Below are positions 40,289-53,869 of a stretch of DNA of 64,000 bases, piece after piece. Position 1 is the first letter of the stretch; each line of letters opens with the position of its first letter. The notes beneath the pieces were generated by a model, which was given only the letters and a program-made list of their open reading frames with translations, ran no database searches and was not told the origin of the DNA. The stretch comes from an uncultured Phycisphaerales bacterium (GTDB lineage: Bacteria; Planctomycetota; Phycisphaerae; Tepidisphaerales; Tepidisphaeraceae), in contig CAVWVQ010000003.1 in NCBI GenBank assembly GCA_963758525.1, positions 1,472,001 to 1,536,000 on the forward strand. Direction: 5' to 3'. Both the position numbers and the translations under genes were made by a program.

Positions 40289-40722
40289 GATGGCGGCACC
40301 TCATTCAGTATGAGCCAATAGATTCCCAATTGCCGAACAGCTTCGGCGAATGCACTGAAGTCCACCGGTTTGCGGATGTAACTGTTGGCGCCCAGGTTGT
40401 AACTCTTGATCAGATCCTGCTCCTCCTTGGAACTGGTCAGCACCACCACTGGCAATCGCCGGGTCCGCTCGTCGGCTCGAAGGTGCCGAAGCACCTCAAG
40501 GCCATCGAGCTTCGGCAGCTTCAAATCAAGGAGCACCAGCCCGGGAAGCCGCGTGATGTCCCGGCCAACGTAGGCTCCGGTTCCGAAGAGGTAATCGATC
40601 GCCTCAACTCCATCGCGCACAACCACCAGTCCGTTCGCGACGTTGTGCTTCTTCAGCGCTCTGACCGTCAGCACTTCGTCATCAGGATTGTCTTCCACAA
40701 GGAGAATCGTCTTATCGAACAT
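40285..40722 (-). CDS. Single-domain response regulator (Rcp1-like)
   Basis: LLVEDNPDD, LLDLKLP, SYNLGANSYIRKP, YWL. Confidence 0.92.
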   Translation of the reverse strand: MFDKTILLVEDNPDDEVLTVRALKKHNVANGLVVVRDGVEAIDYLFGTGAYVGRDITRLPGLVLLDLKLPKLDGLEVLRHLRADERTRRLPVVVLTSSKEEQDLIKSYNLGANSYIRKPVDFSAFAEAVRQLGIYWLILNEVPPS

Positions 40723-40788
40723 GTGGTTTTCCCTTCTGTCGCAATCGCCGTCTAAAACTCAACGCCCGCTGCGTGATCGCCGCATGTT

Positions 40789-42927
<2,139 letters not shown>

Positions 42928-43263
42928 TGCTTCACCTAGCTAATCGACTCTTGGAACGCGAACTGGTCATCGTATCCTTCGCTACTCGCCGCTCGTGAAG
43001 TGCGCGCCCGGTCTTGATCCTGCTCGCCGGGAAGTGCAACACTCTGTACAAGCGATATCGAATCACCGCACCAGCGACTGCATGGGTGCTTCCCCTCAGG
43101 CCGTTTACGTCTCCGTCATACATGCAGATGCGCCGCGGCATGTAAACCTTCAGCAGGTCCCCGGCACAATGGAAGGCCTGCAACGGACTGATCTGTCATC
43201 GATGATTGCACAATCTGTCGATCGACGGATGACGCGCTTTCCGGCACGCCAACCCCGCACCCG

Positions 43264-45978
43264 TTATTTCGCGCGCTCGCATGCGATGAGTTTCACCCTG
43301 TTGTCATCGTACCCTTCGATCCGACGAATCACGCTTATCACAGACGTAATCTCCGCGCCGATGGACTCAAGAGTGCCTGACGCGTCGATGGCTTCTTCTG
43401 CGCTGCTCACCGGCCGGACGAGAGGCGCAAAGCCATATCCGCCGCCGGCGCCCCCGAGCTGGTGGACGACGCGGCGGAGGGCAACCATATCGTTCTGCTG
43501 CAGCAAATCGGTCATTCTTCGAACGTCGTTGGGGAGACCGTCGACGAACTCAGCGATGAGCGACATCATCCCGGGAAAGTCGGCGAGATTGCTCTTGATC
43601 GTCGCGGCCGAGTCCACGATGGCGGTCGCTGCAGGAACTCGCGGGTGTTCTGTCGGCGGACGCTCTTTCAGGTATTTGCCAACGGTCTTCAGGAGGACGT
43701 CCCGGTCAATTGGCTTGCTGAGATAGTCGGTGCATCCGCTGTCCATGCATTTTTTTCGATCCTCGGCCATGGCATGCGCCGTCAGTGCGATGATTGGAGT
43801 CTTTGATCCGCGCTGCCGCAGTTCCGCAGCCGCACTGTACCCGTCCATGACCGGCATCTGCATGTCCATCAGAATCAGGTCAAACGAGCTCTTGGTGACC
43901 AGGTCCATGGCAATCTGCCCGTTATCCGCGACGATCACCTCCGCGCCGCACGCTCGCAGGTGCATGGAGAGCAGGCGCTGATTATCTCGCCCGTCCTCGG
44001 CAAGAAGGATTCGGCCGCGGAGCGGAACGCTCTGCCAGGCAGTGCTTGCCGCAGGTGGTGGTGACAGGACGGCCTCACTTAAATCCGCAAGCATTTCGAC
44101 TCCCGCAAAAGATCCGCCGTCGACGCGAAGCCTGAACGTGCTTCCGACGCCGAGCTCGGACTGGACTTCAATTTCTCCGCCCAACAGATGCGCCAACTGC
44201 CGGCTGATCGTCAGCCCCAGGCCCGTGCCTCCGAATTTTCGGGTGATGGATTCGTCAGCCTGGCTGAAGGGACGGAACAGCCGCGCGAGCTGGTCAGAGG
44301 TCATCCCGATTCCAGTGTCGCTCACCTCGGCGCACAACACATGACCAGGCGGGGGTCCTTCGGCACTGAGCGACAGCGTGATTTTGCCCTCCGAGGTGAA
44401 CTTGATCGCGTTGCCCAGCAGGTTCAGCAGAATTTGCTGCAGCCGCATCGGGTCTGTCAGGATGAACCGCGGGATCGGACTCTTGACGGTGATGACGAAA
44501 TCAAGTCCCTTTTCCACTGTGCGGGGGCGCACGACCGCGACCAGATCCGTCAGTAGTTTGGAGACTTCACAGGGAAGGCTCTCGAGGGCCATCTGGCCTT
44601 GCTCAATCTTGGACAAGTCGAGAATGCCGTTGATCAGTTCCAGCAGGTAAATGCCGTTTCTTCGGATGACCGCGACGCATTCGATGCGGCCCGCCTCGTT
44701 CTGGCCGGGCTGGAGGATCAAGTCTGCAAAGCCCATGATGGCGGTCATCGGCGTGCGAATTTCATGACTCATGTTCGCCAGGAATTCGCTCTTGGCTTTG
44801 TTCGCCGCCTCGGCCTGAGCCTTGGCCTTCTGGAGCTCCTTTTCAACGCGCCGCCGCTCGGTAATGTCTCGAATGTTGCATTGAATGACGTTGTGGCCGC
44901 CTTCGCGATAGACGTTGCTGACGAATTCCACGGGAATGCATTTGCCGTGCTTGTCCTGAAGCGGAAGATGTTCGTAGCGGATGCTGCCGCGCGCCTGCAG
45001 CTCTGCCATCGCGGCCTTGCTGGCGGCGGCGTCGTGGAAAACGCCGATCTCCCAAAGCTCCTTCCCCAGAAAATGCTCGACGGGGTACTGCAGCAGTTCG
45101 AGCATGAAGCGATTGACGTCCAGCACGCGGCCCGTCAGTGCGTCGAGAATAAGGATGCCGTCATGGGCGGCCTCGAACAACCGCCGATAGCGGACCTCTG
45201 AAACTTCCAGTCGCCGGGCGGTGCGCATGCGGTTTGTGACGGCGCGAAACGTGACCACCACACCGAGGATTTTCTCCGTGTCGTCTCGGATCGGCGTTGC
45301 GCTGTCGTCGATGGGGCGATGGCTGCCGTCACGCGCCAGCAGCGTTGTGAGCCCGGCAAGGCCGACAATCGGGCCCTCCCGAATGGCCCGCGCCACCGGC
45401 TCTTCCACCGGTTTGCGCAGGTGCTCGTCAACGATGTTGAACACTTCCCCCAGCGGCATGTTCATCGCCTCCCTCTGCGTCCATCCCGTGAGTTTCTCAG
45501 CGATCGGATTCATGAATGTCACATGCGCCTCGGCATCGGTGACGATCACGGCCTCGCCAACACTGGAGAGCGCCGTTTGAAACCGGAAGCGTTCTTCGAG
45601 GAGCCGGGCATCGGCATTTCGATCGCGGGTGACATCGTCGATGGCAAGCACGACAGCCCCGCTCCTGTTCCCATTGCTCGACAAGCGGCGGGCGCTGAGC
45701 TGCATCGTCCTGGGACCCAGCCGCGGAAAGTCATGCTGCACCTCGAACCCGTCGAATGCTTCGTCTCCCGGAGCCAGATCGTTCAGTCGCTTCAGCAGCG
45801 CGGGGGAATTCCATTGGCCGTTGCCCAGTTCTCCCAATTGACGGCCGATCGTCTCGGCCGGTCCGACATGGAACGCTTTGTAGAAAGCAGGACTGGCATT
45901 GACCACGCGCATGTCCATGTCGAAAACGAGAAGTTTTTCGTTCACGGCGTAGGTGATGTCTTGGTGCGATTCCTGCAT
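43264..45978 (-). CDS. Hybrid histidine kinase PAS x3-HisKA-HATPase-REC-Hpt
   Basis: [33 protein letters not shown] 45978 lies just after the leader terminator. Confidence 0.92.
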   Translation of the reverse strand: MQESHQDITYAVNEKLLVFDMDMRVVNASPAFYKAFHVGPAETIGRQLGELGNGQWNSPALLKRLNDLAPGDEAFDGFEVQHDFPRLGPRTMQLSARRLSSNGNRSGAVVLAIDDVTRDRNADARLLEERFRFQTALSSVGEAVIVTDAEAHVTFMNPIAEKLTGWTQREAMNMPLGEVFNIVDEHLRKPVEEPVARAIREGPIVGLAGLTTLLARDGSHRPIDDSATPIRDDTEKILGVVVTFRAVTNRMRTARRLEVSEVRYRRLFEAAHDGILILDALTGRVLDVNRFMLELLQYPVEHFLGKELWEIGVFHDAAASKAAMAELQARGSIRYEHLPLQDKHGKCIPVEFVSNVYREGGHNVIQCNIRDITERRRVEKELQKAKAQAEAANKAKSEFLANMSHEIRTPMTAIMGFADLILQPGQNEAGRIECVAVIRRNGIYLLELINGILDLSKIEQGQMALESLPCEVSKLLTDLVAVVRPRTVEKGLDFVITVKSPIPRFILTDPMRLQQILLNLLGNAIKFTSEGKITLSLSAEGPPPGHVLCAEVSDTGIGMTSDQLARLFRPFSQADESITRKFGGTGLGLTISRQLAHLLGGEIEVQSELGVGSTFRLRVDGGSFAGVEMLADLSEAVLSPPPAASTAWQSVPLRGRILLAEDGRDNQRLLSMHLRACGAEVIVADNGQIAMDLVTKSSFDLILMDMQMPVMDGYSAAAELRQRGSKTPIIALTAHAMAEDRKKCMDSGCTDYLSKPIDRDVLLKTVGKYLKERPPTEHPRVPAATAIVDSAATIKSNLADFPGMMSLIAEFVDGLPNDVRRMTDLLQQNDMVALRRVVHQLGGAGGGYGFAPLVRPVSSAEEAIDASGTLESIGAEITSVISVIRRIEGYDDNRVKLIACERAK

Positions 45979-46012
45979 GGAGGTTCCCTTTGTGACGATC
46001 CCGGCCCTACCG

Positions 46013-46131
46013 AAAAAAAAACCGACGTGATCGACCCGCCATGGCGGGCATTCGATCACGTCGGTTTACTCATCAACGGGCTTCTCGGCCGAGGCCGGGC
46101 CGCCCTTCACTCAGTCTTCCGACGATGAACT
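46013..46131 (-). promoter_or_regulatory. Structured leader RNA with intrinsic terminator (candidate riboswitch/attenuator), copy A
   Basis: TTCATCGTCGGAAGACTGAGTGAAGGGC..GCCCGTTGATGAGTAAACCGACG; terminator CCGACGTGATCGA/TCGATCACGTCGG + 9 T. Confidence 0.75.
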
Positions 46132-46163
46132 ATTTTTTTTCGGGGTCAGTTCTGGATTCATAC

Positions 46164-46192
46164 AGCGTATTCTAAACTGCCGGAAAAGGCAA
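46164..46192 (-). promoter_or_regulatory. Putative sigma70 promoter for leader A
   Basis: TTGCCT-17 nt-TACGCT. Confidence 0.5.
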
Positions 46193-46648
46193 TATTTTAG
46201 TTCTCGCCATTCATAGGGCGTGTGCGAACTTCATCCGGAGACATTGATCGTCCGCGCACGAGATTGCAGATGGCGGGAATACGCCTTGTCTGCCTGACAA
46301 GGGACGACGGTCAACAACTTGCATTCTGAGCGGCGATAATCGGGCCACTGGGGCAATGGCGGTTGCGCGGTCATGTGGGAGGGCTTTGAATCACGATGAC
46401 CAATGCATCCGCCGGCAGCTGCGCCTCGGCCGCGAAATAGCCGCGCCCTCCCAGAGAAAACATTGAGGCGCTGATGGATCGATCGAATGGCTTCATCACG
46501 TGCCGTCGTGAGGCGAACTTCCCGGCGGCGCCCGCGAGTGAACGGTTGTAATGCCGGGCGCTGCGCTCTGACAGTAATATCGAAATACAGCAGCGCCGGC
46601 TGCATAGGTGCTTCCCCCCAGCAGAGATACAGGCTGACGAGCGCTGGG

Positions 46649-47269
46649 TCACACGCGAGCGGAGGCGGAGGCGGCAATCATCTTCATGCGCACAAGGCTC
46701 GCCACATTCACCGCGCGGGTCTTCGCCAGGACATGAGAGCGATGATTCTCAACTGTTTTTACGGCGATCCCCACCCTTGCGGCAATCTGCTTGCTCGACA
46801 GTCCGCCGGCCAGCAGCTCAACGAGCTCATTTTCCCGTTCGGTCAGCGTCAGAAAGCGGTCACGGATCTCTTCTACGATCGCGCGTGCGTCAAGTCGCAT
46901 TGCTTCCAGGCGCAATAGCTCGCGCACCCGGTTTACGAGCATCTGAACGTCAGCGGGCTTCTCGAAGAACTCCACGGCACCCAGTTTTATGCTCTCGACG
47001 ACCGCGGGAATGTCGCCATGTCCACTGAGCATGATCACCGGCATTTGGACATGCTGGGCTCTCAACCATTCAATGAGTTTCATCCCTTGCATCCCGGGCA
47101 TTCGCAAATCCAGGATGAGGCACGCGGTAGCGAGTGAACAGTAATCCAAAATGAAATCTTCAGCAGAGCAATAGGTGGAAACACCTATCCCGGCGGAGCG
47201 AAAGCCGCTTCGCACCGACTCCAAAAGGGCTTTATCGTCATCGACCATGTAAACTGTTGTATCGTTCAT
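46649..47269 (-). CDS. FixJ-like REC-LuxR response regulator
   Basis: VDDD, LDLRMPG, SGHGD, LTERE..KTVENHR. Confidence 0.92.
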   Translation of the reverse strand: MNDTTVYMVDDDKALLESVRSGFRSAGIGVSTYCSAEDFILDYCSLATACLILDLRMPGMQGMKLIEWLRAQHVQMPVIMLSGHGDIPAVVESIKLGAVEFFEKPADVQMLVNRVRELLRLEAMRLDARAIVEEIRDRFLTLTERENELVELLAGGLSSKQIAARVGIAVKTVENHRSHVLAKTRAVNVASLVRMKMIAASASARV

Positions 47270-47474
47270 TCCGCTAATCCCTCCCCCGTCGAATAAGTTT
47301 GAATTGTATGCAGACGTGAACCTATTCTATAATGTATGGAAGTTAAAAGCTCCATAAAAATGATTTTATTTATCGCAACTGCCTTTACATTCATAAGACT
47401 CGGCTGGCTCCCCAGTTGAAGGCGGCGAGAGACGTTGCCGTCGCGACAATTCGTGCCGGCGTGATAATCCGTTG

Positions 47475-47503
47475 TTGAAGCAATGCATTCCTTTTAGTAG
47501 AAT
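47475..47503 (+). promoter_or_regulatory. Putative sigma70 promoter for leader B
   Basis: TTGAAG-17 nt-TAGAAT. Confidence 0.6.
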
Positions 47504-47544
47504 CGTGCTTCGTCAGTTCGTAAGGGTGCCTTGGATCGCCAGCA

Positions 47545-47661
47545 AAATTTTCGTCGGATGGCTAACTGAACGGCATCTCGGCTGCGGCCGGGCGGCCGGT
47601 TTGATAAGTAAGCCGACGCGGACAAACGCCTCAGGGTGTTTTTCCGCGTCGGCTTTTTTTT
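47545..47661 (+). promoter_or_regulatory. Structured leader RNA with intrinsic terminator (candidate riboswitch/attenuator), copy B
   Basis: TCGTCGGATGGCTAACTGAACGGC..GCCGGTTTGATAAGTAAGCCGACG; terminator AGCCGACGCGGA/TCCGCGTCGGCT + T run. Confidence 0.75.
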
Positions 47662-47860
47662 GTCGAAGCGAAACCGTCAGCGCGATGGCTGCAGTCTTGT
47701 TGCGCTGGTCACTCAAAGAGGGAGAGCACTTTCCGACGTTGAAGGAAGCCATCGTGCGGATGAGCGCGTAGACCGCTATAATCTTGCGGTCACATTTTGT
47801 AGACTATGTTTGATTCAATCCGGTGCAGACTCGGGGGAAAGGCGGGCGTCTCTGAAACCA

Positions 47861-50215
47861 ATGACCCATTTCCAAGAAGAGCAGCACATGGGCCGGGGTT
47901 CCATCGTGCCTCTGAAAGCGGTTGGGATGGTGCTGCAGCCAAAGCGTCATTCACGAAAGCGCCAGCGATCGATCAAGCTGACCGCCGGTGACCCTGCGCT
48001 ACTGAAAATCAATCAGGTCCAGCGCGAGCGCGATGAACTGTGCAACCGCCTGCAACTCCAGTTCGAGCGCATGCCCGTTGCGTGCATTATTTCGGACCCG
48101 AAAATGCGCATTATCGACTGGAACCCGGCGGCAGTGCGCATGTTCGGCTATGAGCGCGACGAAGTCCTGGACAAGGACGTGCTGCTGGTCGCCCCCGCCA
48201 GCCGTGCGTTCACGCAGGAGATCAACCACCGCCTCGCGCAGGGAGACATGAGTGCCCATGCGGTTGGTGAAAACGTCACCAAGGATGGTCGCACGATCAT
48301 TTGTGACTGGTGCAACACCCCGCTTCGCAACGCCGCTGGCGAAGTCATCGCCATCCTCGCCATGGCGCAGGATGTCACCGAGCGCCATCTGAGCGAGGAA
48401 AGATTGAAGCGAAGTGAGTCGCTGCTGGCCGACGCGCAGGAGATCGCGCACCTCGGCAGCTGGAGCTGGAACATTCGCAGCGGGCGGCTGACGTGGTCCG
48501 ATGAGCTGTATCGCCTGTTCGGGCTCCAGCGGGGCGCCTCGCCGCCGACGCATGAGGATTTTCTCGCCGCGCTGCATCCGGATGACCGCGCCCGGATGAC
48601 GGAGCTGATAGACGCCGCCTGCCGCGGGACCGCCACCTATGACTGCGAGTTCCGCATTATTCGTTCCGACGGCCAACTTCGCGTGATTTATTCACGCGGG
48701 AAAGTGATCCGCAACAAAGCTGGCGAAGCGACCGAGATGATCGGCACCGGCCAGGACATCACTGAACGCACGGACGGGGAAGTGAAGCTCAGACGGAGCG
48801 AGGCGATGCTCGCTGAAGCCCAGCGCGTTGCCCACCTCGGCAACTGGAGCCGGGACCTTCGCAGCGGGGAATTGATCTGGTCGGACGAATGCTACCGCAT
48901 CTTCGGATTGCGGCCGCAAGAGTTTCCCATGACCTTTGAGTTGTTCCTCGGCCTCCTTCACCCCGAGGACCATGGGCGGGTGCGGACAATCGTCGATCGG
49001 GCCGTGCGTGAGCGTCAATCCTTCGAGTTCCACGCGCGTGTGCCGCTTCCCGATGGAGCGGTGCGGGATGTGTACGTCCGGGGTCTGGTTGCGTCAGACG
49101 AGACCACGGGTCCGGTCCGAACTTTCGGCATCGTTCAAGACCTCACGGAACGCAAGCGAGCCGAAGAAGCGCTGCTGCGGAGCGAGCGGCGGCTGCAACT
49201 GGCCGCCGATTTGGTCGGCCTGTGCCACTACGAGTGGGACATGGCCAAAGGGCAGCCGATCTGGGGTGCGCGTCTGAAACAGATGTGGGGTCTGCCGCCC
49301 GATGGGTATGTCGATCGCGAGATTCTCTTGTCGGCCATCCACCCCGACGACCGCCCCGTCGTCGCGGCGGCACACGAGCGGGCATTCGATCCGAACGGCG
49401 ACGGACAATACGCCGCAGAATACCGTGTCATCGGAATCCAGGACGGCGTGGAGCGATGGATGACGGCGCGCGGCTGTACGTTCTTCGAGAATGGTAAAGC
49501 CGTCGAGTACCTGGGGACCGTCATGGAGATTACCGAGCGCAAACGGCTGGAGAGGGAGATCCTCGAGATCAGCGAGAGGGAGCGGCTGCGGATCGGCCAG
49601 GACCTGCACGACGACCTGTGCCAGCAACTCACCGGCATCGCGTTCACCAGCCGGCTTTTGCAGCAGCGGCTGGCGACGCAGTCGCCGGTTGATGCCGCGG
49701 TTGCGGGGGAAATTATGCAGGCCGTGCAGCACGCAACCGCCCGGGCGCGCGATCTGGCCAGAGGACTTCATCCCGTGCGATTGGAAACTGACGGGCTTGA
49801 CGCGGCGTTGCGCGAGCTCGCCACAAAGATCGAGTCAGTCTTTCGCGTCAGTTGTCGTTTTCGCCACCGTCCGGGTGGCAATACGGCGCCGATCCTGGAC
49901 TCGGCCATCACTATTCAGCTCTACCGCATCGCTCAGGAGGCTGCAACCAACGCGGTCAAGCATGGCGAAGCGAAGCACATCTCCGTCACGTTGGGCACCG
50001 TCAAGGGAAGGATGGAGTTGTCCATTAGCGACGACGGGGTGGGCATTGGAATCGCGCCCAAGTGCCAGGGGATGGGTCTGCAAATCATGCATCAGCGCGC
50101 CTGCGCCATCGGGGCAACGTTGAGCATCACGCGAAGGCGGCAGGGAGGCACTCTCGCGACCTGCTCGCTCGGACACATTTCGCCCGCCCCGACCAACCGG
50201 AGAGTCAAGCGCTGA
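47861..50215 (+). CDS. Cytoplasmic PAS x4 histidine kinase (HisKA_3, NarX-like)
   Basis: Four PAS/PAC units, ERLRIGQDLHDDLCQ, QEAATNAVKH, DDGVG; start uncertain. Confidence 0.9.
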   Translation: MTHFQEEQHMGRGSIVPLKAVGMVLQPKRHSRKRQRSIKLTAGDPALLKINQVQRERDELCNRLQLQFERMPVACIISDPKMRIIDWNPAAVRMFGYERDEVLDKDVLLVAPASRAFTQEINHRLAQGDMSAHAVGENVTKDGRTIICDWCNTPLRNAAGEVIAILAMAQDVTERHLSEERLKRSESLLADAQEIAHLGSWSWNIRSGRLTWSDELYRLFGLQRGASPPTHEDFLAALHPDDRARMTELIDAACRGTATYDCEFRIIRSDGQLRVIYSRGKVIRNKAGEATEMIGTGQDITERTDGEVKLRRSEAMLAEAQRVAHLGNWSRDLRSGELIWSDECYRIFGLRPQEFPMTFELFLGLLHPEDHGRVRTIVDRAVRERQSFEFHARVPLPDGAVRDVYVRGLVASDETTGPVRTFGIVQDLTERKRAEEALLRSERRLQLAADLVGLCHYEWDMAKGQPIWGARLKQMWGLPPDGYVDREILLSAIHPDDRPVVAAAHERAFDPNGDGQYAAEYRVIGIQDGVERWMTARGCTFFENGKAVEYLGTVMEITERKRLEREILEISERERLRIGQDLHDDLCQQLTGIAFTSRLLQQRLATQSPVDAAVAGEIMQAVQHATARARDLARGLHPVRLETDGLDAALRELATKIESVFRVSCRFRHRPGGNTAPILDSAITIQLYRIAQEAATNAVKHGEAKHISVTLGTVKGRMELSISDDGVGIGIAPKCQGMGLQIMHQRACAIGATLSITRRRQGGTLATCSLGHISPAPTNRRVKR

Positions 50216-50223
50216 GAATTGGT

Positions 50224-50887
50224 ATGCACCCAGCGAAGAAAAATGAAAAAACGCGTGTGCTGCTTGTCGACGATCACCCGATGATCCGCCGCGGCCTCTC
50301 CGGGCTGATCAACGAGGAGCCGGACACCATCGTCTGCGGGGAAACCGGCAGCGCCCGGGAGTGCCTCGAATCGATCGCCCTCACGAAGCCAGGCATCGCG
50401 ATCGTTGACATCTCGCTCAAGGACGAGGATGGGCTTGAGCTGATCAAGGAGATCCGCCGCCGCTATCCCCGCCTCTGCGTACTTGTCCTCTCGATGCACG
50501 ACGAAATCGTTTATGCAGAACGCGCCCTGCGCGGGAGCGAGTGGTTACGTGATGAAGGCGGAGGCCGCCGAAAAGGTGAACGCGGCGATCCGAAAGGTGT
50601 TGTCAGGCGGCATCTATATCAGCGAGAGCGTCGCCGACCGGCTGCTGCACCAGATAGGCCCCCACCGTCCCAGCCCGGACTTCTCCATCGAACAACTCAC
50701 TAATCGCGAGCTGCAAATTCTCCGGCTGTTGGGCAACGGTGTGAAAGCGCGGGAAATCGCCGCTCAGCTCTACCTCAGCATCAAGACCATCGAAAGCCAC
50801 CGCCAGAACATCAAACGGAAGCTCGGGCTGAAGAGCAGCGGGGAATTGCTGCGTTACGCGATCCAATTTTCCCGCAAGGATCAGTGA
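50224..50887 (+). CDS. NarL/LuxR response regulator; frameshift near 50533
   Basis: LVDDHPMIRRG, VDISL, LSMH..AERALR + GASGYVMK..LTNRE..KTIESHR. Confidence 0.88.
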
Positions 50888-51087
50888 GAATTCGCGGGGC
50901 GGCGTAGGACGTTTGTCCTACTCCAAAATCATACTCGATGCGGATTGATACGTCTGGACGAGTTTCGATGATTGTCGATGAGGCTGCGTTGACATCTTTG
51001 GGACAGAGAAATCGATACGGACAAGCATGCATCGAACAGTCACAAAGCATTTTTCGATGTAATGGCCCATGCGGAGACAAACATTCG

Positions 51088-51486
51088 ATGAAGACTCAAG
51101 GGGAAATTGAGGCCGCTATTTCGGAAGGAATGAGCCAGTTCGAACGAGAGTACATGGGGCGGGGTCCCCAGGACGTTCGCGCATATCTCATCGACGATTT
51201 GATCGTCGTTCGTCTTGAAGGCGTGTTGACGGCAGCCGAGCAGCATCTGGTCAAGCAACTCGCCGCGCAGAAGGGGCGGACCCTGCTCAAGCAGGTGCGC
51301 AAGCATCTGATCGAGACGGCGCGGCCGAGCATGGAGGCGATGGTGGAGGCGATCGCCGGGGTTAAGGTCGTGAGCCTGCATCACGACATCAGCACCGTCA
51401 CCGGCGAGGAACTCGTGCTCTTCACACTGGCAAAATCACCGTCCCTCCGTGCGACGAACAAACGTCATCGATTGCCGGACGCCTAA
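51088..51486 (+). CDS. DUF2294 (MpsC-like) protein
   Basis: GEIEAAIS..EYMGRGP..GVLTAAEQHL..SLHHDISTVTGE. Confidence 0.88.
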   Translation: MKTQGEIEAAISEGMSQFEREYMGRGPQDVRAYLIDDLIVVRLEGVLTAAEQHLVKQLAAQKGRTLLKQVRKHLIETARPSMEAMVEAIAGVKVVSLHHDISTVTGEELVLFTLAKSPSLRATNKRHRLPDA

Positions 51487-51725
51487 GCACGCCTCAGCAG
51501 CGTTTCAAACATCCCGAATCTAAACGAGCACCAGGCGCCGTCGGGCAGCACATCTGGGTGCTAACCCCCATCTATCCCGTTGACGCTGTGGACGATCAAT
51601 ACAGGCGGCACGACCGATCCATCTTCTTCAGCGTGAAGCGCGGGATCAACGGCTCGAACCAGCCGCGGGTTGTTGGCGATCGGTTCAGCGATGCCATACC
51701 TGAAGCGTCGTTATCGGGAGATGCG

Positions 51726-53814
51726 ATGAAGCGTAGCTTGACGAAATGGGCCTTTACCGTTGGCGCGTTCTCGGCACCCGTCGCACTCTTCGCCCAACCG
51801 CCGGCCCCGCCCCCGGCGATCACCCAGCCATCGACTGCAGTCTTGCAGTCTCCCGGCGCGCCGTCTCCATCGACGCAACCTGCAACGCGCCCCGCGATCA
51901 CGGAACACGTTCAAAATGGACGCACGAATCTCTCGCACCCCGGCAGCAACGAACTGGCGGATCTCAGCTTGGACGACCTGATGAACGTGGAAGTGACCAG
52001 CGTCTCCAAACAACCTCAGAGAATCGCAGATGCACCGGCCAGCGTCACGGTGATCGGGCAGAACGATATTCAGCGATCGGGGCTCAACAGCATTCCTGAA
52101 CTGCTGCGCCTCGCTCCGGGGATGGACGTTGCGCGGGTCAATGCCAACACATGGGCGATCTCCGCGCGCGGGTTCAACAACGAGCTGGCCGACGACCAGC
52201 TCGTGCTGATGGACGGCCGGTCCATCTACACGCCTGCATTCGGCGGCGTGTTTTGGAACACGATCGACTATCCGCTGGACGACCTGGATCGAATCGAAGT
52301 CATTCGTGGGCCGGGGGCGACGCTATGGGGTTCCAACGCCGTCAACGGTGTCGTGAACATCATCACCAAGCCGGCGGACCGCACCCAGGGATATTCGCTG
52401 CAGTCCCGCATCGGCACCGACGAATCAGATGCCTCGGCACGGTACGGCGGGCAGATCGATGATCTCACGTTCTTTCGCGTCTATGCCAAATACGGATATA
52501 CCGGTTCGCAAACCGCTGTCGACGGCGACCCCGGCCACGACCAATATTCGACGCTGCATAGCGGCTTCCGCATCGACCGCTACACCTCGCCCACCGACAC
52601 CCTGACGCTCCAGGGTGATGTCAATGAACAGCAAATCCAGGACACCTACCTGGGAATTCTCGGCGGCGATTCGCAGGGAGACTCTTACGGCCACGGCGGA
52701 AACATCCTGGCGCGGTGGACGCACACTCCCTCAGAACAGGAAAGCACGTCGCTGCAGATGTATTACACTCGCCAGGATGAGATTCTGACGCCTTCGGGAT
52801 TTAACGAAGCAGACTACAGCCTGGAGTTCCAAAACCGTTTTCCCCTCGGCGACCGGCAGGAGATCACCTGGGGGACGGGCGCGAGGGAAAGCCAGATCAG
52901 TTGGGATGCGGTAGCGCCGGCAGACTTCGAGCCGAAATCGCGCTCGCTCTATTTAATCAACGGCTTCATCCAGGATCAGGTGAGCCTCGTCCCCGACCGG
53001 CTTCAATGGTCGGTGGGAACCAAGTTGGAATACAACAACCTGACGCAATTCGAGTTTGATCCGAGCGTGCGGCTCGCATGGACTCCGGACAAACAAAATA
53101 CGGTTTGGGGGGCCATATCGCGTTCGACCCGTATTCCCTCCCTTTATCAGGATTCTCGAGATACCTTCGGCATCCTCACTATCAATCCGGAAAATCCGTC
53201 TTCGGAAAAGACGATCTCCTATGAGTTGGGCTACAAGGTGCAGCCGAGCAAAACCGTTACCCTGGATGCGACGGGATTCTTCAACACCTACGACGGGCTC
53301 ATTCTGGCCGTCCCGTCGGCAGCATCGCCGCTGCGGGAATCCTGGACCAACGCCGCAACCGCGGAGCGCCGGCGCCGAATTGGCGGCAAGCTGGCAGGCC
53401 ACGCCGCAGTGGAAGCTGGCGGGGAGTTATTCGCTTCTGAAAGTCACTGCCGAAAGGGCAACTGCGCGTATCCCAAATTCTGCGATCGAGACGATCGAGG
53501 GCAATAGTCCTGAAAATCAATTCCAGATCCACTCGTATTACGACCTGACCCGATCGCTGCAACTCAATGGATCCGCCTATTACACGCAGGGCCTGCCCAG
53601 AATCAAGGGCGACGCGTTCAGAAGTCAGAACGTTGGGTCATACGTTCGGTTGGATCTCGGAATGACCTGGAAACCGCGGGACAACGTGTCGTTCTCCGTC
53701 GGCGTGCAAAATCTGCTGCAAAATCGCCACGCGGAAAGTGGAAACCTGGGCATCAGCTTGGTTCCCAGCGAGGTGCCGCGCTCGGCATACGCGCAATTCC
53801 AATTGACATTCTGA
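51726..53814 (+). CDS. TonB-dependent receptor; frameshift near 53365
   Basis: LSLDDLMNVEVTSVSK, ISARGFN, RIEVIRGPGATLWGSNAVNGVVNIITK; C-terminal QNLL..FQLTF. Confidence 0.9.
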
Positions 53815-53869
53815 TCGCACGGAGCCAGCGCGGTCGGATCGGCAGCCTCAATTTTCGGCGGGATGCAGA

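Noticed and set aside
42932..43263. Short ORFs between the two kinases
   Set aside because: No RBS or recognisable motif; treated as intergenic
45979..46059. N-terminal extension of the 931-aa kinase
   Set aside because: Start lies inside the leader terminator hairpin
46231..46677. ORFs downstream of the FixJ-like regulator
   Set aside because: No recognisable domain or coding signal
47636..47860. N-terminal extension of the 859-aa kinase
   Set aside because: The GTG lies inside the leader B terminator hairpin
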